Shown here: positions 12,300 to 25,021 of the stretch, piece after piece
How the letters are laid out: the number at the start of each line of letters is the position of its first letter
Numbering within the stretch: the stretch's first letter is position 1
From: Azolla caroliniana
Taxonomy: Eukaryota; Plantae; Polypodiophyta
Assembly: GCA_043228905.1 (NCBI GenBank)
Contig: JBHGNT010000003.1
Coordinates: 15,500,001-15,564,000, forward strand
Direction of reading: 5' to 3'
DNA: 64,000 nt
The notes under the pieces: generated by a model
What the model was told of the DNA's origin: nothing
Databases searched by the model: none
The model's input: the letters and a program-made list of their open reading frames with translations, nothing else
Program-made: the position numbers and the translations under genes

Positions 12300-15176
12300 T
12301 TATTCTTCTTCAACCTCGATGTTCGAGGATACATCATCTAGAGCTTCGATCTCAAGATTTGGGGCTTCTCTTCTCTTAAAGATCTTGATCCTCTTCCCTG
12401 CTATCGGCAAAGCAAGTCGAGTTCCATCTAACTCCTCTATTTTCTTGACCATATACGGGCCAAACCATTCTTTTGCGAACTTTCCAGTAGTGCTATAATG
12501 ATTATCGAGACTACTATCATACACAAGAATCCAATCTCCTTCTTCAATTTTTCTTTGTCGAAGACGATGCTTTCTATTAAAATTCTCCTTGTTCTTCAAT
12601 CGAGCTTGGTGCAATCGTTCTATTGCCAACTCGACATCTTCGGGCCTTCGCTCTAATTGTTGAATCCTTGTGGCTAGCAAGTCTTCCCGACTCATTTCCT
12701 CTTGCCATGGAAAAGATGTCCACGAAGCAACACTTTGCTCAATAGGCATTATTGGTTTTTGTCCTAATATGAGTTCGGCGGGCATATATCCCGTAGTCGT
12801 GCTATGTGTAGTTCTATCTGCCCACAATGCATAAGGTAGTAATCGTGGCCAATTTCCCATCTTGCCGTCACAAGCCTTTGCTAGAGCTTTTACAATTGGA
12901 CTATGTCCTCGTTCCACCTTCCCATTTGCGTCTGGGTTGTATGCCATGGTGAGCGATAATTTGACGCCTATTCTTGAAAAGAACTCTTTAGCTTCATTCG
13001 CATCTAATTCTCCCCTATCGGTTACTATTTTGCCGACACATCCGTATCGACAAATAACATCTTCAAGGAGAAACTTACAAACCGCCGAAGTTGTTTTATT
13101 CCTTAGCGCCCGTCCTTCTCTTGCTAGCACGAGATATTTCATTTGCCCCAATCCCATTGGCATAACCACTATGTCTACCAACCACTTATAGTGCATTGAT
13201 AATGGATATGTCGGATGAAGTTCATCCCTATGTTGAATATTCGAGTATAATTGGCATTACTCACATGTTTCAACATAGCTTGCTACATCTTTGTAAACAC
13301 CCGCCACCAATACTTCTCCTTGAGCTTTGCAAATGTTGCCCATATACCACGATGACCTGCCCACACACTATCATGAAATTCAGCAATTAGTGTTTGTTGA
13401 TCCTATTTCTTGCACAATAGTCGAAGTGGAGTTCCATTCTTCTTCTTCGGAAACTTCCATAGATGTCCTTCTTTGAGGAAGAACTTGTACGCCTTCTTCC
13501 TAATTCGGTAGAAGTCTTCCTTTGACCATGATTCATCTTTTGTAAGAGAGCTTAAGTATTTGCCAATTTCAATGAATTCACCCTCATAATCTTCTACTTT
13601 GAACACTGCTAGCTCCCGAGCACAAGAAACCGTAAAGAAGTTTAGGCCAACATCCTCTTCATCGGAGTGCAAATCTTCTTCACCCTCATACCTCGCCCTG
13701 GACAACATATCGGCCACCACATTATGCTTTCCATTTATATGCCGAATCTTGGGGTTGAGGGACTTGATAAAGGCAATCCATCGCAACATAGCAATATCCG
13801 GTGTAGCACAACCAGATATCATTCCGAGAATAGGTAGACAGTCGGTTTCGATTATGACCTCTGTTCCTATAAGGTAGTCACGGTCAGTTTTAACCACATA
13901 TACTATTCCCCATAGCTCTCTCTTTACTTGGGCTTACTTCCTTTGTCTTTCGGTTAACACCTTTGCACCAAATCGGATTGCATACCGATTCTTTTCTTTG
14001 TCTTCTTGGTTTATCACCCATCCAATTCCGGTTGGGCTCGTATCCACCGTCACATATATCGGGGTACCATCGGTGTAGTCGGCTTTGTGCAGTGTTGGAG
14101 CTTCTAATAATAGTTTCTTTAGCTTTCGAATCGCGTAGGTATGCTCATCTTCCCATTCAAACTTCTTCCTTTTCTTTAATAGTCCATACAATGGTTCAGC
14201 GACATGGGCATAATGTGGAATCCATATGTGATAGAATGCACATGCTCCCAAGAATCTTCGCACCTCCGTTTGAGACCCACATTCTTCTTTCATATCTTGA
14301 ATAGCGTTCACCTTGGATGGAGATGGCTTCCGGCCATAAGACCCACATAAGTGTCCTACTACCAATGTTTCTGGTTGACTGAATGCAGACTTCTCTCCCG
14401 AAAACGTGAGATTTGCATCCTCAAGCTTTTGCAACACCTTCTCACTATCCTTTATATGATCGATGATGAATCTTCGGCAACCATCATCATCTTTCGATTC
14501 ATCTTTTTCTTCCACCAAGCATCCTTTGATTGGAATGTCGTCTAAGAAGGGCATTGTGATATCAGGGATACAATCCCTCAACACTTTGTTCATGGCATTC
14601 ACCATGTGGGCTACGGAATTTGTCGCACCTTGGGGTAAGGTGCACATCCTTACCAACCCGATCGGTGTCCTCATTGTCGTTATGTCTCTACTATCGACGG
14701 CCAATTGAAACTGATCATAGCCCGAGTAGAGATCACCAATGGAATAGATCGATCTTCCCGTGAAGGCTTCGGCAAATTCATCCACGCTTGGACCAATTCT
14801 GGAATTTCGGATCGTCACCTTGTTGACGGGTTGGAGATCTTGTATAAAGCGTAAGGACATGTTCTTCTTCGGCACCGTAAACCATCTATTAGAGTAGGGA
14901 GCATTGGATGGCTCAAGAATTCCCATCCTAACCTTTTCCTTTAGAAGCTCAATCAACTTTGGAATGTGAGCTCTTGGAACCGGTATCGGCTTGAGGTTCC
15001 GAGGTACATGCGGCACCGTAAAAATCACCATCGGCTCTATCATCTTCGGGTCAGCACATTTGATCTCTTGTGGAGAGAAGGCAAAGGCTTTCCCATGTCT
15101 CTCAAGCATTCCGCGGAACATTCTCTCCTCTTCGGGGAGAAGGAAATCTTCCCTTCCAACTTGTAGCTTTCCCTTT
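12300..15176 (-). pseudogene. pol: Gypsy pol: RT-RH-INT
   Basis: LRFIQDLQPVN, GDLYSGYDQ, LPQGATNS, PFLDDIPIKG, VTVDTSPTGIG, IVTDRGE, AYNPDANGKVER. Confidence 0.92.
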
Positions 15177-15687
15177 CTGCACATTCATGAGTTTCCCTTT
15201 CTGCCCGACGTGGCTGAGGGGAGCTTCGCTGACATGTTCGATGGTATGCGGGGTGTCATCTCCCGTTTCGACCACTCCTGAAGATTCCGGTTTCTCCAAG
15301 TACGAGAACCATTCCTCGTGACTCGTCATATGATTTGACGCTCCAGAATCAACATACCACACCTCGCTCGATTTGGAGGTGTTCACGGCCATAGAATTGG
15401 CCTTATGCTTCATTACGAAGGCTGGGCCCGATTTGCTTCCGGCTCGTTTAGAGCCTTTTGCGTAGTGCGATCTCTGACGCCTCTCTGCGTCTCTTTAGCT
15501 CGATCCTGCTTTGTCAAAATCGGTTAGCTTTTTCCATCACTCGCTCTCCTTATGGCCTTTCTTGCCACAGTACCAACATTCCGACACAGCCTTCTCTTGC
15601 TGGCTTCCGACGCCGCCAAGACTCCCCCTGCTTATGGAGGGTCCAGAACTGTTGTCCGCCTGTTCTGCTCTTGTCGGCTGCCTCCAT
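15177..15687 (-). pseudogene. gag: Copia A gag C-terminus (zinc knuckle) and protease
   Basis: ECWYCGKKGH, WYVDSGASNHMT. Continuous with 19207-19615 across the chromovirus TSD. Confidence 0.85.
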
Positions 15688-18600
15688 TATTAGAGATCTT
15701 GGTACTAAAGTAAGCTTAAGATAAGGATAAACTAATGATAGATAGAAAGGAGAAAGAGAAAGAAGGGTGCCGATCTACCCGACCACCCCCGAACGAAGGG
15801 ATCGAGACGGAATCGAGCCTCGATCGGCGTCCCATACCACCGTTGTGGCGTTGAGTCGTACCTGGTGCTGGCACGCTCGCTACAAGAGTTGACCCACCAC
15901 AAGAGCAGAGTCTCGATGTAGTAAAAAAGATGATCAAATGAGGGTAGCTAGGCCTCTTATTTATAGCGATACCCAAGGCCCCCATGCAAGTTCACACTTG
16001 ACCTAATGGGTTGTCTCAATCCCGAGGATTAAAAGTAATCCTCCCCTTCTTTACACTCTCATTTAACCCTCACACTTATCCACGTGTATAGAATACTACG
16101 GTAAATTCTCACCACGGGATATTAAATGGTCATGCTCGTAACATACTCCCCTTCTTTAAAACATTGCACTCTTGCAATGGAAAGTTAGGGAAGTTTGTTC
16201 TTAGAGTATTCTTGTGTTCCCATGTGGCATCTTTAATAGATTTGTCCATCCATTTAATTTTAAATTCTCGGTTTTCTGTAGTACGTAACTTTTTTGTTTT
16301 AACATCGAGAATTCTTTCTGGTACATGTGGTTTCAAAGATAAATCTGCAGAAGTAACCAGAGTTTCAGTTGTAACTTTGTTGTCGCCAGAACCTAGAAGT
16401 TCTTTTAGACGACTCACACGGAAGACTGGATGAATTCCAACACCATCGAGAAGAGCGAGACGATAGGGTGATGGCCCAATGCATTTGAGGACTGTAAAAG
16501 GTCCACAAAACCGTGGGGCTAACTTAGCACACTTACCCGTAGACAATGTCTTAGAATTGTGAGGTACATGTAAAAATACCTTATGTCCAGGGTTGAATAC
16601 ACGAGGTTGCCTATGATGGTCCGCATAAAAACACGCTCTATCTTGAGCTGTTTTTATATTATCTCGTGCAATATGCAACATATCTTGCATATCCCGAAGA
16701 AAGTTTTGCGTACTTCGCAACTCATCATGATGTATATTAACATCAATCGGGGCTCGTGGCTGAAAACCATACATCAACATAAAAGGACTATATCCCGTCG
16801 ACATATGCTTGGGGCTGTTATAACCAAACTCCAAAATTGGGAGATAACGTTCCCATTTTGTTGGTTTTGCACCAATGTATGCTCGAAGCATGTCCTCAAT
16901 AATTTGATTTATTCGTTCTGTCTGTCCATCGGATTGAGCATGATTTGTGGAGCTCATGCTCAACGTAGTTTCTAACTTCTTAAAGACTTGCGTCCAGAAG
17001 TCACTAGTAAACTTTGGATCTCGATCACTCACGATATCCATCGGTAACCCACAAAAACAAAATAATTCGTCAACGAATTGGTAAGCCAATTCAGGAGCTG
17101 TTACCGTGGTTTTAGTAGCAATAAATCTGGCCATTTTAGTTAGTCGATCAACGACAACCCAGATGGCATCATGGCCTTTTTGGGTGCGAGGAAGGCCAAC
17201 AATAAAATCCATGGATATACTTTCCCACTAATTATTGGGAATGTCCAAGGGATGTAAAAGTCCTGCGGCTTTAAGTCGCTTGGCTTTGTTAACCTGACAC
17301 TTGTGACATTTAGTCACATAGCTATGTATGTTAGGACGCATCTTAGGCCAATAAAATTGAGTGGAGATGAGAACGAGTGTATGATGTATTCCAGGGTGCC
17401 CTGCTGAGGGTGCATCATGGCATTAAAAAAGAATCCACTATTTGACCTCGGGTAAATCTGGAACACAAACCTTCCCATTAAGGTAGAGCAAACCATTAGC
17501 AATGTTGAAGTATTCCTTCGAGGATGTGGTGGTGTCTGTTCCAGACTCAACTCTTGCCCAATATTTTGCAAAATAATTGTCATAAGGATACTTTCCTCGA
17601 AGGTGATCATAAAGATCTTATGTTATTTCAGTGAAGCTAAGCATGTTAACTTCATGGATGCGACTTAGTGCATCAGCGACAGTGTTCATGGAACCTTTAC
17701 GATATCGTATGGAAAAATCAAAGTCCTGGATGAGATCTGCCCATCATGCCTTACGACCTTTCAGGTCTTGTTGGTCACAAAAATATTTCAAGGACTCGTG
17801 GTCCGTAGTTACCACAAAGCAATTTCCATAAAGATAATGGTGCCATGTTTTGAGCGCATGTATAACTGCAAATAATTCCTTTTCTTGAACAATATACCGA
17901 CATTGAGCAGAATCAAGTTTCTTACTCTCGAATGCTATTGGTTTACCATCTTGATATAAGACAACACCTATAGCATAATCGCTTGCATCGGTTTCAACCT
18001 CAAAAGTTTTGAAGGATTAGGTAAAAGAAGTGAACGAGCCTTGCAAACCGGGTCCTTGAGTTCCTTAAAGGCGAGGTCTAGTGTAGCATTCCACACAATA
18101 GGTTTTGTAGACTTACACGTTTGACCTTTTAAAAGATCAGTAAACGGCGTCGTCAATTCGGAGTAATTACGAAGAGACTTTCGCAAAAACCCGACAAAAC
18201 CAAGGAATGATCGAAATTCTCGAATATTCCGAAGAGTGGGCCAAAGCCTGATTTTCTCAATGCGAGAAGGATCAATTTCAACTCCTCGTTGGGTTATGAG
18301 ATGTCCAAGATAAGTAATTGATTTCTTGAAGAACTCACATTTTGAGATCTTCGCATAAAACTGTTTGTCACGCAATGTTTGTAAAACAAAGCGGACATGT
18401 CTAGCAGGTTCTTTTAATGACGGCTATAAACTAAAATATCATCCAAGAAAATAACGACAAATTTTACAAGTTGTTCTCGGAAAATGTGATTCATTTCTTG
18501 TTGAAAAGTAGCGGGAGCATTGGTGAAACCAAAAGGCATAACCAAAAACTCGTAATGGCCATAGCGCGTACGAAATGCCGTTTTAGGAACATCGTCTTCA

Positions 18601-19201
18601 CTTATTTGTATTTGATGGTAGCCAGTATGGAGATCTAGTTTTGTAAAATACCTAGCTCTAATACCAAATATTAGAGATCTTGGTACTAAAGTAAGCTTAA
18701 GATAAGGATAAACTAATGATAGATAGAAAGGAGAAAGATAAAGAAGGGTGGGGATCCACTCGACCACCCCCGAGCGAAGGGATCGAGACGGACTCGATCC
18801 TCGATCGGCGTCCCATACCACCATCGTGGCGTCGAGTCGTACCTGGTGCTGGTGCGCTCACTACAAGAGTTGACCCACCACAAGAGCAGAGTCTCGATGT
18901 AGTAAAAAAGATGATCAAATGAGGGTAGCTAGGCCTCTTATTTATAGCGATACCCCACAAGAGCAGAGTCTCGATGTAGTAAAAAAGATGATCAAATGAG
19001 GGTAGCTAGGCCTCTTATATATAGCGATACCCAAGGCCCCCATGCAAGTTCACACTTGACCTAATGGGTTGTCTCAATCCTGAGGATTAAAAGTAATCCT
19101 CCCCTTCTTTACACTCTCATTTAACCCTCACACTTATCCACATGTATAGAATACTACGGTAAATTCTCACCACGGGATATTAAATGGTCATGCCCGTAAC
19201 A
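15688..19201 (-). mobile_element. Chromovirus copy 1, internally deleted (no gag, PR or 5' RT); 5-bp TSD TCCAT
   Basis: LTRs 15688-16143 and 18669-19201; TSD tccat at 15683-15687 and 19202-19206; PBS TGGTATTAGAGC; PPT AAAGAAGGGGAGTA. Confidence 0.93.
16130..18652 (-). pseudogene. pol: pol: 3' RT, RNase H, integrase, chromodomain
   Basis: [44 protein letters not shown]; chromodomain PERILDVK...FKIKW...DATWE. Confidence 0.92.
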
Positions 19202-19206
19202 TCCAT

Positions 19207-19615
19207 TGTGCGTCGATCCGCCTCGTCCACCACGACCACGGGGCCTATCTTCCTCTGTGTACAACATCTTGCCATCGGCATGCGTACTCATCGAAGCACC
19301 TGCGTGATTTTCCTCTACGAGCAACATCGATTGAAGCTCGAAAAACGAAGGTGTATTCTCCTTGTATAGACCACTGTTCGGAAAACTCCAAACCTGGACG
19401 CTAGCCCACCAAGGCAGACTTGCACCATCTCGTCCTGCTCGATGTTTAAATTGGCTGAGGCGAGCGAGTCACAGATTTCCTTGATTCGGGCCGTGTAATC
19501 GGCCACAGACAGATCTTTCTGCCGGACATTGCTGAGCTCCTGTCTGAGGTGCAGCTTCCTGACCGTTGTGCTTGCGATGAAAAGCTTTTTGAGATTCGCC
19601 CACGTGTCCTTTGTC
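19207..19615 (-). pseudogene. gag: Copia A gag N-terminal part
   Basis: KDTWANLKKLFIASTTVRKLHLRQELSN...MVQVCLGGL, homologous to gag of the 34956-40947 element. Confidence 0.85.
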
Positions 19616-20213
19616 TGAGGGGTGGCTGATCGCACGTGGGCACAGAGACGAGAGGATGGTCATCCTTGAGACAAATGATGTTCATCCCACAATGAATGCA
19701 AAAGGACAAAAGGTTGAATCCGACATCGACTTATGGCACAAGCAGGTCGACCACATCAATTATCCAAATCTTCAGGATCTGCCATCGAAACAGGTTGTAT
19801 TCGGACTGCCGAAGTTCAGTGGCTAGAAATGCCAAGTATGTGAAGCTTGCCAAGTTGGGAAGCAATATAGGCTTCCATTCCCAAATGAGAAGAACTGGAG
19901 CCAGAATCGGGTCAACATGGGCGGGAGCCGATACTTCATCTCCTTCATCTACTATTTTAGCCAACACACTTGGGTCTACCTAATTGAGAAGAAGAGAAAA
20001 TTCTTCTCATGTTTCCAGGATTTAAAGAATCTTGTCAAATGGGAAACTAAAAGGAAGATCAAGTCTCTAAGATCGGATGGTAGAAAAGAATACTTTTTTG
20101 GCTAGTTCACAAGTTATCTGCAGAAAAACGGAATCTAGAGGGAGTTCTCCTATAGATACACACCAGAGCAAAACATTGTGGCCGAACGACAGAACTGACA
20201 ATGGTAGAAGCAG

Positions 20214-21110
20214 AGAAGATATGTTATTCCGAGAAATTGCTCGTGTACTCCATGAGTTCGGCCACGTATACCCTCAACCCCCCTGTTATGCCTCAGAACG
20301 GAGCAAGCTTGATCATCGCAACATACGAAGGGGTCAAGGTGGATTGGCCGGTGCTGATCGCCGACAGATTGTGTGCGGCTATTGACACCATAAGAGGTAA
20401 GGAAGCTAAAGAAGGCCAGAAAATATGGCATGCGGTGGCGCAATGGCTCACCCTATTGGCGCTACCTATCGAGCCCGTCTAGACCAAGAAGTTGGGAAGA
20501 GTAACGAATGGCACCCCGAAAGCTACTTCAAAACGACATCAGTTGTAGGTAGTGAAGGAGCGCGCCATCCGGAAGCAGCCGACGGACATGCAGGAGGAGA
20601 CACCGGCACGGCCCCTGAAGAGGACACTCCGCCGACCGGTGCAGCAAGAAACGGACACCCTGGCGGCAAGAATGAATTTCGGGACTCAGGAGGAGGAAAC
20701 GGAGGAAGAACCTACGGAGCACCTCCAACGGCGGCCGACGACGAGCACTGCAGAATCAGCCGGGAAGCGTTCGAACCCACAGAAGGATGGAACGCCTTTA
20801 CCCCACACTGAGAATCCCACGCCAAGGGAGGAACCAGAACCGGTTTGGATGGAACCGGTCTCAGAAGCCCCTGCACAATAGGCAATACTGGTGGGTCAGG
20901 AAACGGTAAGCCCCGAAACGCAAGCGCCGATAAGGCATGTGCCACCTTCCTCTGTTGGCCAAGAACAAGCAGAACAAGCGCGGCTAGCCGAAACACAATT
21001 GGAACCTGAACGGCAAAGTGGTCAGCAGGCAGAGCCGGAATTGCACCAGGGCAATGCTAGAGGAGAAGAGCATGCGCAAGATCTATTGGGCCGAAGCAAT
21101 CTAGATGGCC
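20214..21110 (+). pseudogene. Gypsy accessory-ORF fragment embedded in the Copia B integrase
   Basis: EDMLFREIARVLHEFG...MPQNGASLIIATYEGVKVDWPVLIA aligns with PDPFFREIAKFLLEVG...MPKQKACIIIDTFEGRAVD*GVI at ~8040-8190. Confidence 0.75.
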
Positions 21111-22744
21111 TTCTACATAGATAATCGGAGCTCTGCTTCTGGAGCAAATGTGACACCGCACGAGTTGTATTTTGGGCGAAAGCCAAATGTGGACACCTCT
21201 GGGTGTTTGGGAGCATTGCATATGTGCATATATCGGACGAGAGACGAAGGAAACTGGATGCCAAGGCCAAGAAGTGTATCTTGGTCGGCTATTCACAAAG
21301 TGCTACAAACCTTGAATGAAGCAAGTGCAAATGAGCCAGGATGTCGTCTTTGACGAGTCAGTGTCTTGGTACTCCCTTCCATCTCCAACTACCAAAGACT
21401 CTGAACCAATTACTGGGGATGAGGTCACTAAGGCTAGCTCAATTGGAGAAGGGGAGGAATCTAGACTTTTGGATCGTCTAATTTTCGTTTAGGTTAGTGG
21501 ACCGAATCCAGATTGGTTGAGCCAGGGTAGTCAATCATATGAGAAGCCGGCCAACAGCGCAGACAAACCTCTAGACTTGAGGTAGAGTTGGCCAAGAGGG
21601 TCATGAAATCGGCCAACCAAAAATTGCGTCGATCCACCACCCAAAAGAACCCTGTAATCTGCGATGAGTACAATGAATATATGGCGAAGGTGGCAGAAGT
21701 GCATGAGTCGGAGAGCTACGCAAAGGCGGCGAATGACACAAATTGGCGCGCCGCAATGGAGGAAGAGATCCACGCATCATAAGCTTGATTGGTGGCAAAG
21801 GGCTACGTGTTGTCGTGAAGTATGAAAGCTTCACATTAAAAGTATACAAAAAGATAAATACGTAACTAAAATAAAATATATCTTAATATTGTTTTATAAA
21901 GGTAATATTCAAAACACACTATGGTAATATTATACATTATATGTAGAGGCAAATAAAACATATATATTATATTACATGGGCAAGAGAAGACTTGAACCAA
22001 CAACCTCCACATTATGAACCTCAAAGCCTACCATTTAGCCAATACTGATTATATGTGAAACAAAATGTCTTGTTTTATTTGAAGTAGCATTGCATAGTCT
22101 AAACCATGTAATGTACTACATGTGCACCATATAACACACATGCAAGAGCCCTCTTTGCATGTGTGACATATGGCCCACATGCAAAACCATCCCCTTCCTA
22201 TAAAAGGAGAAGGGAGTGTTGTCACGCGGATCAAGGAATAGATCAATATCAAGAGAACTATATTATGTATATCAATAGAATCAAATAGAGTTATGTTGTA
22301 AGAGATATCACAATAGAGAAAGAAGAAAAGAAGTCAATATACAAGAGAAGCTCTAAGTTGGCGGTTGTGGTGCTCAACTCTCAACAAAAAGGGTGGAGGT
22401 TCGAGTCTTATCTCATTGAAAGATAGAAGAGAAGATTGTGGTCTACTATCAAGAAAGAGAAGAGTGATAGAAGCGAAGATTGTGGTTTACCTTGTGAGAC
22501 AAAGTTCGAATTTAACAATGCTCGCAACTATTTTGTAACTCTTTCATCAAATAATTATAAATCTCTTTTATTGCTTCAATTATCATTCTATATCCTGTCT
22601 TGTCATATCTTGTTGATCACTATTTATCTATTTCTACTCTTTCGTCTCTTCCGTCCAAAATCCCAATGATTCCTTGCTCACTTTCACGTTATCTTCTGTC
22701 TACGCAACGCTACGCTTCTAGGCGAGCCACGCCACGACACAATT

Positions 22745-22762
22745 TGGTGAACCCGACGTGAA
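22745..22762 (+). promoter_or_regulatory. Primer-binding site complementary to tRNA-Trp
   Basis: TGGTGAACCCGACGTGAA is the reverse complement of the plant cytosolic tRNA-Trp 3' end (..TTCACGTCGGGTTCACCA). It lies 5 nt after the LTR. Confidence 0.85.
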
Positions 22763-22876
22763 ACGGGGAAGTAGAAGAGACATCTAAAGTAAAGATCAAC
22801 ATCAACATGGCAAGTACGAGTACAATGGATCCGGTAAGGTTGTTTATTGAAAAATTGAATCAAGATCAATGATTTA

Positions 22877-24958
22877 ATGGCTTACGAGAAGTCCGAGAGA
22901 AGATTGGTGTGTTTGATGGCACAAATATCTCAAAGTATGTCGATATATATTATGATGAAATGGAAATATTTGGCGTGAATGATGTCAATGTGATAGCAAA
23001 CTTTTATAAATTAGTGGACATGGAATTAAGAGATAGAATTCATGAAATACAAGCATTGCATAGTTTGGATTGGAATGCATTCAAAGAAGCACTTGTGTCT
23101 GCATATTCTCGTGAGGATTTCTCTCGAGTTACTATGCGTTCATTCCATGAATGGATCTTAAAAGAAGATAAAGGGTTATCTGTGGCTGACACAAAAAAAG
23201 AGTTTGATAGATTATATGGACACTTAAAGCCAGAAGAAAGAAATTCTTTGTCTTGGCAAAAGATTGCTTTATTTTTGCAGGCAGTTGACAAGAGATATAG
23301 AAAAGAATCAATGGAATTTATGCTTGAAGTACCAAATACCGAGGATGGTATAACTGTAAATTGGAATGAGGTAACAAATTCTTGTAATAAATTTATGAAA
23401 AGAATGCAAAGGAATGGTGCAATGCTACAAATACCACATGTGGGAATCACGAATCGGCTTGAGCAAAACATCGAAGTTCAAAGACTTGGTTGAGAACCAT
23501 CACATGAAATGGTCCATCAACCACGAGAAATGATCGAAACTAAGAGGGAGACTTTGCTTGATGATTTAGTTCAAAGTATGAATGATTTAACAATTAAAGT
23601 GGCAAAGCTTGAGAATGGTCAAACTTCAAGGTCAAGGGAACCATTTAGACCTCGATGCATGTGGTGTGATAGTCTCGAACATTGATTACATGATTGTGCG
23701 GAATATAAAGACATGGAAAATCGAGACTTGGTCTATTGGAAAAATGGTAACATTTACTTAACTGAAACTAGAAGGCCACTTACAAAGAATTTTGGTGATG
23801 GCGGTGTTAAGGTTAAGTTTGAAGAAGCTGAAGCAAAGAAGGCTTTTGCAATGTACTACTCGGCAATGGCAGGAATGTGTCTGATGACACGCAATACCGA
23901 TCATCATTCTGGAGAAGGTTGTAAGTTCCGCACAGAAACAAAAACTGAAGATGGAAGACCTTCGTGTTGTTGGGGATTCTGTAAGGAAAAACACTGAATG
24001 TAATGTTCCGGTAGATGCTATGACAGTATATGCTTAGATGGTAGAACACCAAGAGCATGAGGTGATAGTGGAAGAAAAAAGGAAAAGGCCAAATGATGAG
24101 ATTGGCTCGACAAAAAATCATGAAACAAGAGAAAGAAAAAGAAAATAGATGGACGCAAAAGTCGAGAAAGGTAAATCTGGTCCGTCATTCAAAATAATGT
24201 CTGATATTGAAAAGAATACTGATTTAAAGAAAATTTTAGAAACAAGAATACTAGACAGTCAAGTAGAATTTATACTAAAAGAAGTGTTAGGTATTGAAAA
24301 AAAAGAATTTCATGATGAAATAATTGATATTGTGCGAAGAAAGAAGCAAGTAAATGAGCAGGTTAAAGAGACAAATATGAAGGTGGCATATGAAGTGGTG
24401 AGCAACGAGTCAAACAATATCGTTGTTGACTCTCAACATGCATCAACCTCAATGATAAGTTCAATAGATGCAAGAAGCCACTACTCTCGCAAATGTTGGG
24501 CAAGAGCGACTACGGAACATCATGTGAAGATTGGAGATGTTCCCGACCCGGTGATGGCAATTATTGATCATGGTTCTGAAATAAATATAATGAGTGCTGA
24601 TTTTTATAAGATAGGTAGATGGCCAATTGCTACTGAGCATGCAGTCACCGAAGATTTATTTGGTGCATGCCCAAATGTAAAGGTTACTATTGGTGATATA
24701 GAGGTAGATCAACATTTCTTTGTGCAGGAAGGATCTACCTATCCAATAATCTTGGGGCAACCATACATCACAACGGTACGGATGGAGACCAAAGTCCTCG
24801 ACAATCGTTCTGGCTATGCGAAGATTCGAAGCCAAGATGGATGAAAAACTGTACAATTTATGACAGTTCGTCCCAATCATGAGAGGAACAAGGTAGACCT
24901 TCAAGATCATTTGATACCAAAAGAATGTGGTACCTGGAAAGAGAATAAAACTTTTTAA
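22877..24958 (+). pseudogene. gag: gag-protease
   Basis: FDGTNISKY..., knuckle CMWCDSLEH..DC (~23655), protease AIIDHGSEINIM and YPIILGQP. Confidence 0.8.
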
Positions 24959-25021
24959 GAAAAGGTTCTAGCTTGAACCTCCTTCAATAGATCAACATAA
25001 AGATGAAAGATAGTGGCACAT

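Larger units (their letters stand above)
10822..15176 (-). mobile_element. 5'-truncated Ty3/Gypsy of the TGTCG..CGACA family, nested in the Copia A integrase
   Basis: 3' LTR 10822-12233, PPT GGTGGGGGTGAA at ~12234-12246, pol 12300-15176. Its 5' half was deleted together with part of the Copia host. Confidence 0.85.

Noticed and set aside
15716-15985. Recurrent 70-90 aa ORF (AINKRPSYPHLIIFF..) seen four times
   Set aside because: It lies within the LTR, spans the TATA box and recurs only because the LTR does.
15177-19615. Simple inversion making this gag-PR part of the plus-strand Copia B
   Set aside because: Possible, but the same-strand INT-RT at 8838-10821 explains it more simply as one element with a nested Gypsy and a deletion; not resolved without alignment.
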